Shown: positions 1 to 12,200, numbered from the whole stretch's first letter. The stretch: DNA of 58,667 bases, filler included, from Basidiobolus ranarum (GCA_040143965.1; 4 parts of 4 records of this genome joined end to end with filler, not necessarily neighbours in it), one strand, 5' to 3'. The notes: generated from the sequence alone by a model not told the origin. Program-made: numbers and translations.

Positions 1-431
1 GTTTAGAATTCGAATTTTTCTTAGTACAAAAAGGCATATAATCACATGATCACTATGATCATGACGATTTGAGGTAGCCATATAGTGGATATATGAGTTG
101 ATCTGAGTGGGGCTTGCAGCCTTTAAAATTATCATCGTTAACATACAGATCGTCAGCCACTTGATTTCAAATATCCCGAATATACAAATAGATTAGATTG
201 CCCAGTTGAGAGCGTACTAAAGCCGATAGAATCATGTGCTTTTGTGCCATTTTGACAGGACAAAGTTGTAAATAGTATCCATAAAATCATATTGGTCACA
301 TTAGGTCTCTATTTGCTCAATAGATAGGGTGGGGCTGCTCCAACCCCAATATACTCTACAATAACCATCTAATAAAGGTCAGCTTAAATAAGAGATGCTT
401 GTTGTGAATATTATACCTGCATAGTAGCAAG

Positions 432-1650
432 ATGAGCCAATGCACCCTTCCTATTGAGGTAGACAGCCTAGAAATAACAGTGGTAGTTGACAATGAAACT
501 GACGGAATGTCGTCCACTCCTGGTGGGCTAGTCTTGGGGCAATTTGATAGATTGTTTCGAGACCATAGGCACCCATGTACTAGTAAAGGAGCTGATTGTT
601 ACGAATTTCAATTTCCAGACGCTTGCTGTGCTGCCCACGGACTTTCCTTGTTGATAGTAACAAACGTACTTTAGCTTTCATGAGTCTTAAGTATTAAGTT
701 CTTTATGTTTCAGACAGCGAAAGCCGGAAATACTGTACACCAGGTATTATTTGATACTGGCCCCTACGAGGATATTTTTCAACAAAACGCAAAAAGATTG
801 AACCTGAACTTTAGCGAAATCGATGCCGTAGTACTTTCTCATTGGCATATTGATCATTCTGGAGGTTTATTATCGGTGGCTCAAAAGTGTGCTGAGGCTG
901 AAAACCAGGTTAATATAGACCTACACCCTGATAGGCCAGACGGCCGTGGTACTAAGCTCGGTCAAGACCAGTACGTTGCCTGGACTGCAGACCCAACTTT
1001 CGAAGCTCTAGAAATCACAGGCGCAAAGGTCAATCGTTGTGTGGTTACTTTTATTATATATTGTTTTATTTACATCTTGATTTATTATTAGTTGACCAAG
1101 AGCTCACAAATCCACACAATATGTGATGATATGTTTTTGGTTAGTGGTGAGATTCCAAGACTAACCTCATACGAATTAGGAGTACCAAGTCACGTACGCT
1201 GGTTTGAAGACGACAATCAGTGGCAACCAGATCCATTGATTATGGATGAGAGATTTCTGGCGGTAAATATCAAAGAAAAAGGGATTGTACTATTTACCGG
1301 CTGTAGTCATGCAGGTTAATGATTCTATTTACGAATTATTTATTTCATTCTATAAACACTACTATTTAGGAGTAATAAATGCCTGTCACGAGGCTAGAAG
1401 GATCTTTGGGCCTTTGGTGCCGCTCTACATGATAATAGGAGGATTTCATCTGGCTGGCCATCAAGTGGAGAAGCGGATAGAGAGCACTGTTCAAGATATG
1501 CTCTCTCTCAATCCTGCATATCTTGCTCCTGGACATTGCACCGGATGGCGAGCTAAAGCAGCTTTAGAACAGGCCTTCCCTGGTCGACTAGTTCCCTCTG
1601 CTGTTGGAAACATATTCAAAATATCTGACACCATACAAACTTTGCCTTAA
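432..1650 (+). CDS. MBL-fold metallo-hydrolase (DHPS-like/Tflp-like subgroup), 4 exons, ~347 aa
   Basis: Exons 432-656, 714-1028, 1092-1314 and 1370-1650 join in frame via GT-AG introns. Motifs: ITVVVDN, AHGLSLLI, LFDTG, SHWHIDHSGG (HxHxDH), TGCSHAG, GGFHL, PGHCTG. Confidence 0.88.
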
Positions 1651-1812
1651 TTTTTTGAGTAGAATATATTTTTGAATAACTCCAGCTTATATACACCAAA
1701 GAGAATCAATATATATAGGCTGTATTGATGTTTGTTTCACTTTTTTTTACTTCTTTACAAGTTAATAAATGTGTATTAATCAAAATACATCAGCTATGTT
1801 TATCGACTAATC

Positions 1813-4800
1813 CTAACCTGCCCGGATTCTAAATTTAGCGCCACTAGTTGGGCCAGAGTCAAGTCCATAATTGGACTTGCCCGATGAACTACCGGTGTTG
1901 ATGGCAAACTGACTCGTTCGCGGTCCCTTACCAGCATATGAATCTCTTCTAAATTCATTTCTTGAGCGAATGGCATTTGAAGATGGCTTGGTGCGGGAGT
2001 GTTGAGATGAGGGTGGGTTGGAACGACGTTTTCCTGACGAAGAGCGTGAAGATTGTGAGCGTGTATGCGGCAAAAGGGTTGATTTGTTAGAAGCATTAAT
2101 GGAGTATTTCATGATTGCAGATGCTCGGAGTTCGGGCAAAGTAGTGGAGGTAATAGGGGCTTGTAAACATTGTACAAGCTCGTGCCCACTTACGACTAAA
2201 GAATGCGATGAATCTTCAATTATAAGATGGTTTCTCAGTCTACGGATTATTATATCAAGTTCTGAATTTGTATGGTTGAAAGTTCTCGCAAAAGTTGTCG
2301 TTATCTTTTCTAACCACGAAGTGCGCTCAACGGACGTCTCAACACCAAACATGAATTTCTTTCGCGGATGCTTGTTGGTTTCCCCTGGAAAGCCAATTTG
2401 GAATGTATGTTGCATAAGTGGTGGCTCGACTACCAAGGTCCAAGATGCTATACTAGTATATTTTCGATTACGTGTACCAAGCTTGATGAATATCAAACTC
2501 TTACGGCCTAATGATGTTGCCTTCACAGTAAAAGTATGGCAATTTGTATGTGTGAAATCCAGGAAAGGTATATCACAGACTAGTCCATCACCCACTGGCT
2601 TGATTCTTAGATCCTTGTCCGCCGTTGGAATAGTGATAGTAATGAGAGCTGAGTTTTCGCCAATTACAAGATGATGGTCCGACGGAAATCTAATATCGAT
2701 TGGAAGGGATTGATATTCTCTGTTTTCCATAGCCGTTTCCAGTTTGTCATGACGAATCGATTGATATATATGAATTAGAAGGTTTTCAGGAATCATCGAT
2801 GTGGAATCCATAGCCTGGAGTCGACCTAAAAATTCTACGAGCTCCATCTTGGGCTTAGTGGTCTTTCTAGTATGGGTTTCAGCATTAAGAGCCATCATAA
2901 AGAACGCCAATCTGATTGAGGCTTCAGCATCAAAAGTCATATTGTGGGAATTTGTACGATGCCAGCGTCTAGCAAATGCTCCTACAAGATAATCGATAAT
3001 ATTACCTTCACCAGGAAGTCTAAAAGAGGCCAAGAATACTCTTAGAGCATCATCAATACGTAAACCGGCAAATTTGCATTTGTCCAAGTAAGAGTGAAGA
3101 ATTGCATGATTGCCTTGCATACCGAGAAATTTGCCAATCTGCCTGCGGCTAAGCTCGGGAGTCCTCAGAAGAAAACTAGCGATACTTAATGGATCAGCAC
3201 GTAGAGCACCTTTGTCAATCATATACATTATCCCCTCATATGGATTTGCATTGAATTGGCGTACAGCACTTGCAATCAATGGATGTAATTCTCCCGTTGG
3301 ATTCTGAGATGGAGAACTGTTATTCGTATCTTCTTTAATCTTCCTTCCATGACGTTCCTTTTCTCGAGAAGCGGAGAAGCTGATGGTACTCAGATCAATT
3401 ATATGTTTTACTGCGAAATGTGAGTTCAGGGAGTAATTTTGAGGACTCTCCCGAGACATCGGCTTTGCGATTAAAAGTATATCATCCATTAGCAGTAAGT
3501 ATCGATTTTTTGCAGCGCTACTGTTTATGATCTGTAAAGCAAACCCGTGATGTATCACGCTCCGGGGCTCATTTGAAACTACCCCGTTCTCCGTGTCTCT
3601 TGTTTTAATAGATGGTCCTGATTTGCTATCTGGCTGTGAATCAAGTGCTGGAAGGCTGGACTTTCCTTTAGTTGCGGTAGATGAATCGCCATTCAACCGA
3701 GAGATTAATCTCGAATTTCTGGAGGCATTCTCTGCTCTCTTGGTTGAGTGGGACAGTGCTTTTTTCTTCACTACTTGGTCAGCATTATTGGCGGATTTTG
3801 CTTTAGCTTTCGAATATAACTCCAACTCTCGTATGGGGTCCAGGCTACAATTGTAGAGAGCTGCAGTTGAGGCTGTGGTTGAACTGGCAATCATATCTTT
3901 GATACGAGAAGTCTGACTCATTTCATCAATGTGGTTAGTGAAACCTAAGGTAGAACTTTCATTTGAAGAAACGGTCTCAACTGAGGCAGCTTTATAATGT
4001 TTTATGAAGCTTTGACGTGACATACTAGCATCAATACGAGGCAAACTAGGTGCGATTCGTCTGGAATTTCGTCGAAAAGAACTTGACGGGACAAGGACCG
4101 AAGGCTTTTTCTTTTTCAAATGAGGCAAAATTCCTTTCGTCACCCCGACGGGTTCCACTATTGTAATACGCTTTGCACGTGGCATTACTGACTGATTTCT
4201 TAGCTTCGAATCACCTTCTGAAGTGGTAATGTCAGCAATAGAATCGCCATTATCCCAAGATTCAATGTCTTTCTTCGCTTGGTCTATATCGATAGGTGCA
4301 TCAACAAAATTCTCATCATTAGGAGTATCTTTCACAATCTTCTGCTTATTATCAATCTCTAAAGTTTGAATGTCGGGGAGAAGAGATTCCTTCTTTTGTG
4401 AACAATCATTTTTATCTTCAGAACAACTTTCATTCTTTGGCGAAACCAGCAAGCTTGAAGAGTCGGGAGGAAATGAGAGCTTTAATTTTTCTGTGAGAGT
4501 AGTTAAGCGAAACGAAGGCCCAACATCACATGGAGGAAGGGAAGATCCAGGATTACTCCCTACCTCAATTACCCGAACGGTAGATTCCTCGCGCTCTAGT
4601 AAAGTGTTTGTTACTCCTTTCCTTAGAATAATTGATCTTCTTTTTTCCTCCATTTCTTTGGGCAACAAGGTAATTGTTGGTTGACAAGTAGTAGGCGGAG
4701 AATTGATATTCAAGGTTTGCTCGTTAACATCTTCAACAATTACGGAACGTAGTTTCTCTTTTGTCAGTCTCATTTCTAGCGAGGAGCGAAAGTTAAGTTG

Positions 4801-6054
4801 CACTCGACTTGCTTTGATCTCCTTTCCAAGAGGAAACAAACCACGATATTCATCAATTTGAAGTGTGGTACTTGAGATTAATTCCTCGGGCAATGCTGAC
4901 TGAAACATGGCACGAGACTCGCTTGGATTTTGTATTACGATCCTGCTTACCTTAGGCTTGTGGATTTTGCCCTTCACCGATAACGCACGAGGGATATCAG
5001 AAGACAATGAATTCAAGCTCCCAACTGAGTCTGATTCATACGTTTCATCGGAAACAAAAGGCAATAATGTAATACTAGAAAAATCATGGATTTTCCAACT
5101 CTTCATGATACCAGAGATTCTATCTGTGGGTGGTTCCTTTGTTACATTAAATTTCTGGGACCAAAAACCGAGAGGTCCCTCCAAGTATATACCGCTAGAT
5201 TCTTTCTCTCGATGAGGATGCGAATAAGTACGAAGTAATTCAGCATTTCTGTTGGGGTTGGCGGGAGTAACATTGAATGAACGAGATCTTCGAGCAAAAG
5301 GACGAGTTGTTTCTTGCATTTCCATACTATTGTTATTGGTGCAGCCAGCTAGCTTACCAACAATGTTAGAATCTATAAAGTACCATTTTGAACAGAAAAA
5401 TGGCATATTAGTAAACCAAAATAACTTCAAGAACTCAAGTACATGTACGATTTTACCTTCACAAGATGTAATAGGCGAATGAACCACCAGTCTTTCATCG
5501 TCCAAAGCGGTGAGTTGACTGATTTCTGTGTGGTGCTCAAGCTGTTCAGGTCCAGGAACAGACAAGTTGAACTCTTCACTACAAGATTTGGATTTCCGGA
5601 TCTGTTGTTTCTTGTATTTTAACTTGTCGGAAAGGTCATCCTGGTTTGTCTTCATGGACATTGATACATGCTCTAAAATAGTCTCGCTATCATTCAAAGA
5701 AACAGATCTCCGTAACAGCTTAGTTCTTTCTTTTCGTTGCTCCTGCTTGTCTAAAGAATTTTTTCTTGAACTATTATTACTTAATATCTTATTAACACGG
5801 ATGGCAGCTGTACGTTTAAGCTTGTTCGAAGTCGGGCTAACTGGACTCTCTCTTCCTTTATCCTTCGCTTCCAGAAAGCCAAATCCGACAGGAGCCGAGT
5901 TGAACATGCTCTGCTCAACACAACCGGTTTGAATAGAAAGATCTTCTCTTGGAAAGTGTGTGTTTTTAGGGACATTCGAGGACGGCGTATTATTCGTCGG
6001 AGCAGTATTGTTTGACGAGTAGTCTGATAGCGAGGGTGATATTGAGTCTTCCAT
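1813..6054 (-). CDS. Large Sec7-domain ARF guanine-nucleotide exchange factor with long Ser-rich disordered N-terminus and PH-like segments
   Basis: 1413-codon ORF. Sec7 signatures FNANPYEGI, LSRRQIGKFLG, IDDALRVFLASFRLPGEGNIIDY (glutamic finger) and LAFFMMALNAETH. Probable in-frame 84-nt intron at 5373-5456. Confidence 0.87.
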   Translation of the reverse strand: MEDSISPSLSDYSSNNTAPTNNTPSSNVPKNTHFPREDLSIQTGCVEQSMFNSAPVGFGFLEAKDKGRESPVSPTSNKLKRTAAIRVNKILSNNSSRKNSLDKQEQRKERTKLLRRSVSLNDSETILEHVSMSMKTNQDDLSDKLKYKKQQIRKSKSCSEEFNLSVPGPEQLEHHTEISQLTALDDERLVVHSPITSCEGKIVHVLEFLKLFWFTNMPFFCSKWYFIDSNIVGKLAGCTNNNSMEMQETTRPFARRSRSFNVTPANPNRNAELLRTYSHPHREKESSGIYLEGPLGFWSQKFNVTKEPPTDRISGIMKSWKIHDFSSITLLPFVSDETYESDSVGSLNSLSSDIPRALSVKGKIHKPKVSRIVIQNPSESRAMFQSALPEELISSTTLQIDEYRGLFPLGKEIKASRVQLNFRSSLEMRLTKEKLRSVIVEDVNEQTLNINSPPTTCQPTITLLPKEMEEKRRSIILRKGVTNTLLEREESTVRVIEVGSNPGSSLPPCDVGPSFRLTTLTEKLKLSFPPDSSSLLVSPKNESCSEDKNDCSQKKESLLPDIQTLEIDNKQKIVKDTPNDENFVDAPIDIDQAKKDIESWDNGDSIADITTSEGDSKLRNQSVMPRAKRITIVEPVGVTKGILPHLKKKKPSVLVPSSSFRRNSRRIAPSLPRIDASMSRQSFIKHYKAASVETVSSNESSTLGFTNHIDEMSQTSRIKDMIASSTTASTAALYNCSLDPIRELELYSKAKAKSANNADQVVKKKALSHSTKRAENASRNSRLISRLNGDSSTATKGKSSLPALDSQPDSKSGPSIKTRDTENGVVSNEPRSVIHHGFALQIINSSAAKNRYLLLMDDILLIAKPMSRESPQNYSLNSHFAVKHIIDLSTISFSASREKERHGRKIKEDTNNSSPSQNPTGELHPLIASAVRQFNANPYEGIMYMIDKGALRADPLSIASFLLRTPELSRRQIGKFLGMQGNHAILHSYLDKCKFAGLRIDDALRVFLASFRLPGEGNIIDYLVGAFARRWHRTNSHNMTFDAEASIRLAFFMMALNAETHTRKTTKPKMELVEFLGRLQAMDSTSMIPENLLIHIYQSIRHDKLETAMENREYQSLPIDIRFPSDHHLVIGENSALITITIPTADKDLRIKPVGDGLVCDIPFLDFTHTNCHTFTVKATSLGRKSLIFIKLGTRNRKYTSIASWTLVVEPPLMQHTFQIGFPGETNKHPRKKFMFGVETSVERTSWLEKITTTFARTFNHTNSELDIIIRRLRNHLIIEDSSHSLVVSGHELVQCLQAPITSTTLPELRASAIMKYSINASNKSTLLPHTRSQSSRSSSGKRRSNPPSSQHSRTKPSSNAIRSRNEFRRDSYAGKGPRTSQFAINTGSSSGKSNYGLDSGPTSGAKFRIRAG

Positions 6055-7585
6055 ACATTCAAAGATTTAGAATTAAGAGACAAAAGGGCAGGAAATATGA
6101 ATAAATGAATAGCAAAAATAACGTACAAAACTATTAATAAAAGTGGAAAATCAAATTTATGAGCAGAAAGCCCTTGGGTGAAATAAAACTATAGATATAG
6201 TAACTTGAAGTTAAAGCACTGAATATAACAGCTCGAATTCAAAAATAGTTACTAATGTATAAAGTTGGGTTCAACAGTCAGAAAGCAAAATATACCTGAT
6301 ACTTTACAAGGTTAAACCAGTAGTCCAAGGTTGATAAAGAGATTAAATAAGGAATTTCAAGTTGTATGGGGCAAATGCCAAGCGCTCAAGGTATCTTGGG
6401 TATTTTGAAATATAACAACTATATTATGATTTGCAATAGAAACACAGAAATATTATTTTGGGATATAGATAGATATCAGCCCAGAAAAGCAGAAAGAGCG
6501 CTCTGTTGGTATGAATATAGAACACAAATGACTGGGAAGTAGGGAGAAACTGGGCTAAAGGACCAAAGTTAGTCGGGCGGATGTGCTAGGTGGGAAGAAA
6601 TATCGTACTGCTTCACGGCTTTGAATAAAAAGTGAGATAAATAAATACTTACCAAATTAATTTACGATAAACGTTGTGTTTATTACTTCGAAATTATATT
6701 GGTGGAAAATCACCAATTCATATCATTCCACCCAAAAATAGCTTGGGATGTATTATTAAAGGAAAAACCACTTGCTGACCCAGAAAAAGAAAGTCATATA
6801 ACAAATCATGTATCCCTAGCATATCGGATTTGGAGGCTAAAGTGGTATCCCCTCAGTTTCCGTATTAGTGCTAAGCCAAAATTTGGCTACATTGCAATAT
6901 TTTGTATTCGGTTTACTTTAATTACGTATACCAACAAACGTGAATAACACTCTCCGTCGAGTAACGCAAGTTACGTGACACGGAGTTAATGACCACTAAA
7001 TATAGTAGCATACAGTAGCCTTTTGATGTTGGAGACATCGGCAAGAATGAATGGAATCTGTCCTTGGCAGTGCCGCTGTAACATCAACTTGGCAACACAG
7101 AGAAGTCCGCCAAAGTGCCCTGCAGTTCATATCCCACAATGTATCGGGATCGTTTAGCCACTCATAAGCCAGGTTTGATTGCCATTAACCTTGATCTCTA
7201 ATCTATAGGCTTCAAACCACTCACTATAGGCTCAATGTATGATAGCAACATTGTAGGCAAGCTTCCTCCAGGTGTCATTGTACATGAGACTGAAACCATC
7301 ATTTTGTACCTGATCAATGAAGCTTGAACTCAATCTCATCATCTCTTTCACTCCTATTTAATCAGAGTACGCTCGCTAATTAATCTTAGATTATTACTCA
7401 ATACGTCTTCACTTGTGGTGAATCTGAAAATGAGACCTATTGTGGCTGGTCATGACGTATCACATGTCTGCTCCCCTATTTATCGTACTCGTCATCTAAT
7501 CGTTAAACCTAACACCGAAAATCTAGATATTTAACTTGAGCTTCCTTCCAAGCTCGTTATTTTATCTTTATCTATTTACTACAAC

Positions 7586-8764
7586 ATGGTTAACCTATCG
7601 CGTTTTCTTGCTACCTCTGTTATACTCTTACCTTTAAGTGCTATTGCTTATCAACGTCCTTTTGTTAACAATGTTCAAGAGTTACGACTTATTCAAACTT
7701 CTGATGATTCCCCTGCCCGTTGGTTAAGTGAAACTGACGTGAACCAACTGATTCGAATGGGAATCCGCTTTATGGATATCACTGAAAACCAAGACATCTC
7801 TACACTCGAGGCCCCTGCCAGATTTGGTATGTTTAGACCAATTTTTATAATTATACTAGTATCTTGAAAGCTAAACTTATTCCATACAGATGTTCCTCGT
7901 AAGCCCACTAGTCAAAAGCAGGTCAAATCCTTAATCAGTCAACTTCAGACCGAGCCTATGAAGCAAGCACTCACCAAATTTACCTCATTCAAAACCCGTT
8001 ATTATAAATCCGACACCGGAGTCGCTTCTTCTAAGTGGCTTTTCGGTCAAATCCAGGATATCATTGACTCGAATGGAAGTATCAATGCCACTGCTCGCTT
8101 CTTCAAGCATTCATGGCCTCAAAGCTCCATCATCGCTCGTTTTGAAGGAACTGAAAAGGGTCATGACGAGACTGTAATTCTCAGTGCTCATCAAGATTCC
8201 ATTAATCAATGGCTCCCTTGGTTTGGTCGTTCTCCTGGTGCTGACGATGATGGCAGCGGAACTGTCACTGTCCTCGAGGCTTTTAGAGTTTTAGTCAAAA
8301 ATGGATTTGCACCCAAGCGTCCAGTTGAATTCCATTGGTATGCTGCTGAGGAAGCTGGCTTATTGGGCTCTCAAGCTGTAGCCCGCGAATATAGACGTCA
8401 AGGTCGCAAGGTTGTTGGGAACTTACATTCTGATATGACAGGATATCCTGGCACCGATAACCCAGTATATGGTATTGGTATGGATAATATTGACCCTGAG
8501 CTAGCAAACTTTGTTAAAAAGTTGGTGGAGCAATACGCTACTATTCCTTGGAAAGAGATGAAGTGCGGATATGCTTGCTCAGATCATGCCTCTTGGTTCA
8601 AGGCAGGTTATCGCTCCTCATTCAACTACGAAAGTGATAATCTAGAATCGAATCCAAATATTCACACCACAGCGGATACTGTTGATACTATTAATTTCGA
8701 ACATTGTCTGCAATTTGCGAAAGTCGTAGTAGGGTTTGCTGTCGAGATGAGCAAAGTTAAATAA
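7586..8764 (+). CDS. LAP1: Secreted leucine aminopeptidase, peptidase family M28 (LAP1-like), 2 exons, ~371 aa
   Basis: Signal peptide MVNLSRFLATSVILLPLSAIA. Intron 7827-7889 (GTATGT...CAG). Zn-ligand motifs SAHQDS, GADDDGSG, AAEEAGLLGS, SDMTGY, CGYACSDHASW. Confidence 0.92.
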
Positions 8765-9221
8765 GTTTCGTTAGTGTGATGTTTCCATTCTCTGTGTTAA
8801 AGCAAATATTTATTTTCATTCAAATCTCTTGTGGATTTCCGTAAATTCTGTGGTACATATCGAATAAATCTTTTTATTATGAAATATCGGTTACCATGAT
8901 TCAAATACGCCCAGACCAATATAGAGAAGTATGTGTTCTAGCTTGATCAACGGTAAAATTATGTTTGCTCTCAGGTTAATCGGGGCATTGCATATTGTTA
9001 ATCATGTCGCCATACAGTCGAAATGATTACATGTATTACTCGGTTTGGACCATTTTATTGGCGAGAGATTGCGAACGGAATATAAGTATAGAAAGAAAAA
9101 AACAAGAAAACGCAGATAAGAAAAATCTACACCACAAAAAATACAATTGTAACATGAATCGAGGGAAGGATGGTAGAGTGAAAAAGATATTGCCGTTTTG
9201 CAAGAACTAATATTAAAACAC

Positions 9222-12200
9222 TTAAGACCAGTAGCCTTGACTTCTACCTTGTTGATGATGATATCCTCCACTCTGCTGTTGTTGGTGATTTTGTTGTTGC
9301 ATTTGATATTGTTGATATTGCTGCTGTGACTGTTGAGCATATTGTTGCTGATAGCCACCATACATTTGTTGTTGATATCCACCATATTGTCCGCCTTGAG
9401 CACTTTGGTTGTACACATTGCTAGGGTCAGCATAGTTTTTGTAAGGTGAATTCATGTCATGTGTGTTCTGTCCAGATGCATTCTTCGATGATTCGGCTGA
9501 ACCTTGCTGTTGTCCAGTGCTAGAACCTAGGAATCCTTGCAACGGAAGATCAGATTTGTAACCTTTCTGGTATTCAGAAACACCACTTCCTATACCGCCA
9601 TTATTGCTCCCACTTAAAGATATATCGTCATATCTACCAACTCCGGGGGGTCCTTGAGAGTATGAGTTTGGTTGGTTTAAAGTATTCGAAGGATAAGCAG
9701 CGGATGTATAGGGTGATCCAGTTGCACTGGTCCCAGGTTTGCTGGTCTGTTGACTTCCATAGTAAGGGTAAATATTTTTGTTCATAAAGGGCTGACCATA
9801 TCCAGATTGTTGATATGCTGGAGTGTGGAATTGATTAGGAACATAATAATAGGGATAATAAGGAATGCCGGCCAACTCAGGATATGAAGGTTGCTGTAGT
9901 TGTTGAGATTGAGGCTGTGGTGATGCTTGTGATGTAAGAGAGGCATTTTGACCGGACTGGGTAGATGAAGGAATTGTAGCGGAATCTTGCATGGGCAACC
10001 TACTATCACGCTGATAGTTTGATGGGATTTGACCATATGCAGGATCAGCATAATACCCCTAAACGAAGAAATTAAATGACTGTAAGCATTAAAATAAGCT
10101 ATAGTGACGTACCATTAACGCTCTTTGAGCGTCATTTCCATAAAGCGTAGTTCCATAATCACCCATGGGACCCATAGCAAAATTAGAAAATTGGCTTTGA
10201 GGCTGCCCACCCATATATGATCCATAAGGAGAGGAGTTCAACAAGTCAGGATTACCGATATGGGGTTGGCCTAAATAAGGAGAATTGTGTTGACCATTCT
10301 GTCTACCGAATGTATTCATGTTGGGTGCACCAGAAGGTTGAGTTGGATACATGCTTGATTTTGTGTGTTGTTGCTTGACATTTCAACTTTGGGATTTTGG
10401 GCTTGAGTACCTTGGAGAGCGTTGGTATGGTTGTTGGCTCCATTCACATTTTCAGGAGCTAAAGAAGAAGACTCGGGAGAATCTAATTTCGCTAACTCAT
10501 TCTCGCCTTCAGTGGGGAGCGCAGTATTAGATACTTCAGTTGTCACAGGTGAATTGTTATCAGCTATAGGTGGGGGAACAACCGGCTGCATTTCAGGTAC
10601 AGAAGATTGAGAAGTCACCTCGGGACCACTTGTAGATGATTGTTCCGATATAGGAATCTCAGAGATGCTACAAATAATAAACAAATAGTAGTGAGTATCA
10701 AATAACCAAAAAGAATCGATATTACCTCATTTTGATCAACTTACCGGTCATCTGAAGCGTTGCTTTCGGGCTTTTGGGCAGTTTGTACTTTTCTGTCAGG
10801 GCGAGAAGAGAGAGTTAGACTTCCAAATTGAACCCCAATTCTTTCCAAGTTCGAGTTTCCACCAGGCATTACAACAGGGGAATCTTGCTTAAATTTACGA
10901 GCATTCATCGTCCTAGCTTTAGTATTTGGAGATAAAGCTTGGGCTTTAGAAGTTTCTGTATTAAGCTTTACAGGGTGATCTTTACTATCGGAAGTATCTG
11001 TACCATCAGTACCAGCTGGAATGGTTACAACATCAGCGGAATTTTTGAACTCTTCAACATCATCTTCTACACGCTCATCAGGTTTTTCAGTTCCAATATT
11101 ACCATCCTCAGACAGTGATACAACATCTGGCTTGCGCTGCTCCTGAAGCTTAATCTGAACACTTTCTTGCTTAGGCTCTGATTGTGGTTCTTGGGGTTTA
11201 GAGAATTCGTGTGAGGGTGTTTCTGATGAGGGGATGTGTGACTCGGCTTGATTAGTTTGTTCGGGTGCAAAATTGGTTTTAGGAGCCTGGACAGGTGGTG
11301 TAGGAATTGCTACGGGTCTATTTAATAGTAGATAATATGAATGGTTGTCCTAGATATTAAAAAACTCCCTAACGAATACTTACTTGACGATTTGTGCCCA
11401 AGAAATCTTTGGTTGAGTACTTGGCTTGGCTATTGTCGATGATGTTGAATAATCATTCAGTAAACTCGCAGGTTGAGCAGTATCTAATGTTTTTCGCCCT
11501 TGAGGTTCAGGTTTCGAAGGTCCCCAAGATGGTGTAGATGAAGTTGTTACCGAGGCTGAACTCCAAGTTGAAATATCTGGTGCATTTTGACTTCCATTTC
11601 TGAGGGTTGTGTGTGTGAAGTCTGAGTCCTGAAGAGGCCTTTGAGATTGACTAGCTAGTTGTGCATATGTTTTAGTGGTTCCTGAAGAGATGGAATACAA
11701 ATGTTCAACAAGGAGGTCATCAAATTCATGGACAAAAAATTAGAAACTACCTTGGGAATCCAGTATCACTGGCTTTACAAAAGTGGAAGCCGGAGCTCTA
11801 GGCTTCTCAACTGGTTTAGGAAAGCGAGAGCTCTTGCTTTTGATTTGCGCTTTAATAGAAAATTAAAAGACAATATCAGTCTATATCACAACATTATCAC
11901 ATATAAGTTTGGTAGAAGACTCTACAGCAAGTAAAAATACATACAAGTTCTTGGACGTTCATTTGCTCCAGTATTCCTTACAGAGGGTTGATATTTATCT
12001 ACGTGTGGTTGAGTGATTGCGGATCTGTCGCTATGTGGTTTTTTGGTCTTTTTTCCTTTGACTTCACCCCACTGGCTAGTATGACCTGATAGGTATTTAA
12101 GAATTCGCAATAAATACACATTTGTCAATATAGAAAGTGGTAATAGAAGTGTATATTGACTCAGATCTTACCCTCACTGATTCTGTCGATGGCAAGTTCT

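Noticed and set aside
2018..5932. Multiple plus-strand ORFs of 60-218 aa
   Set aside because: Antisense shadows of the long Sec7 ORF with no recognisable motifs.
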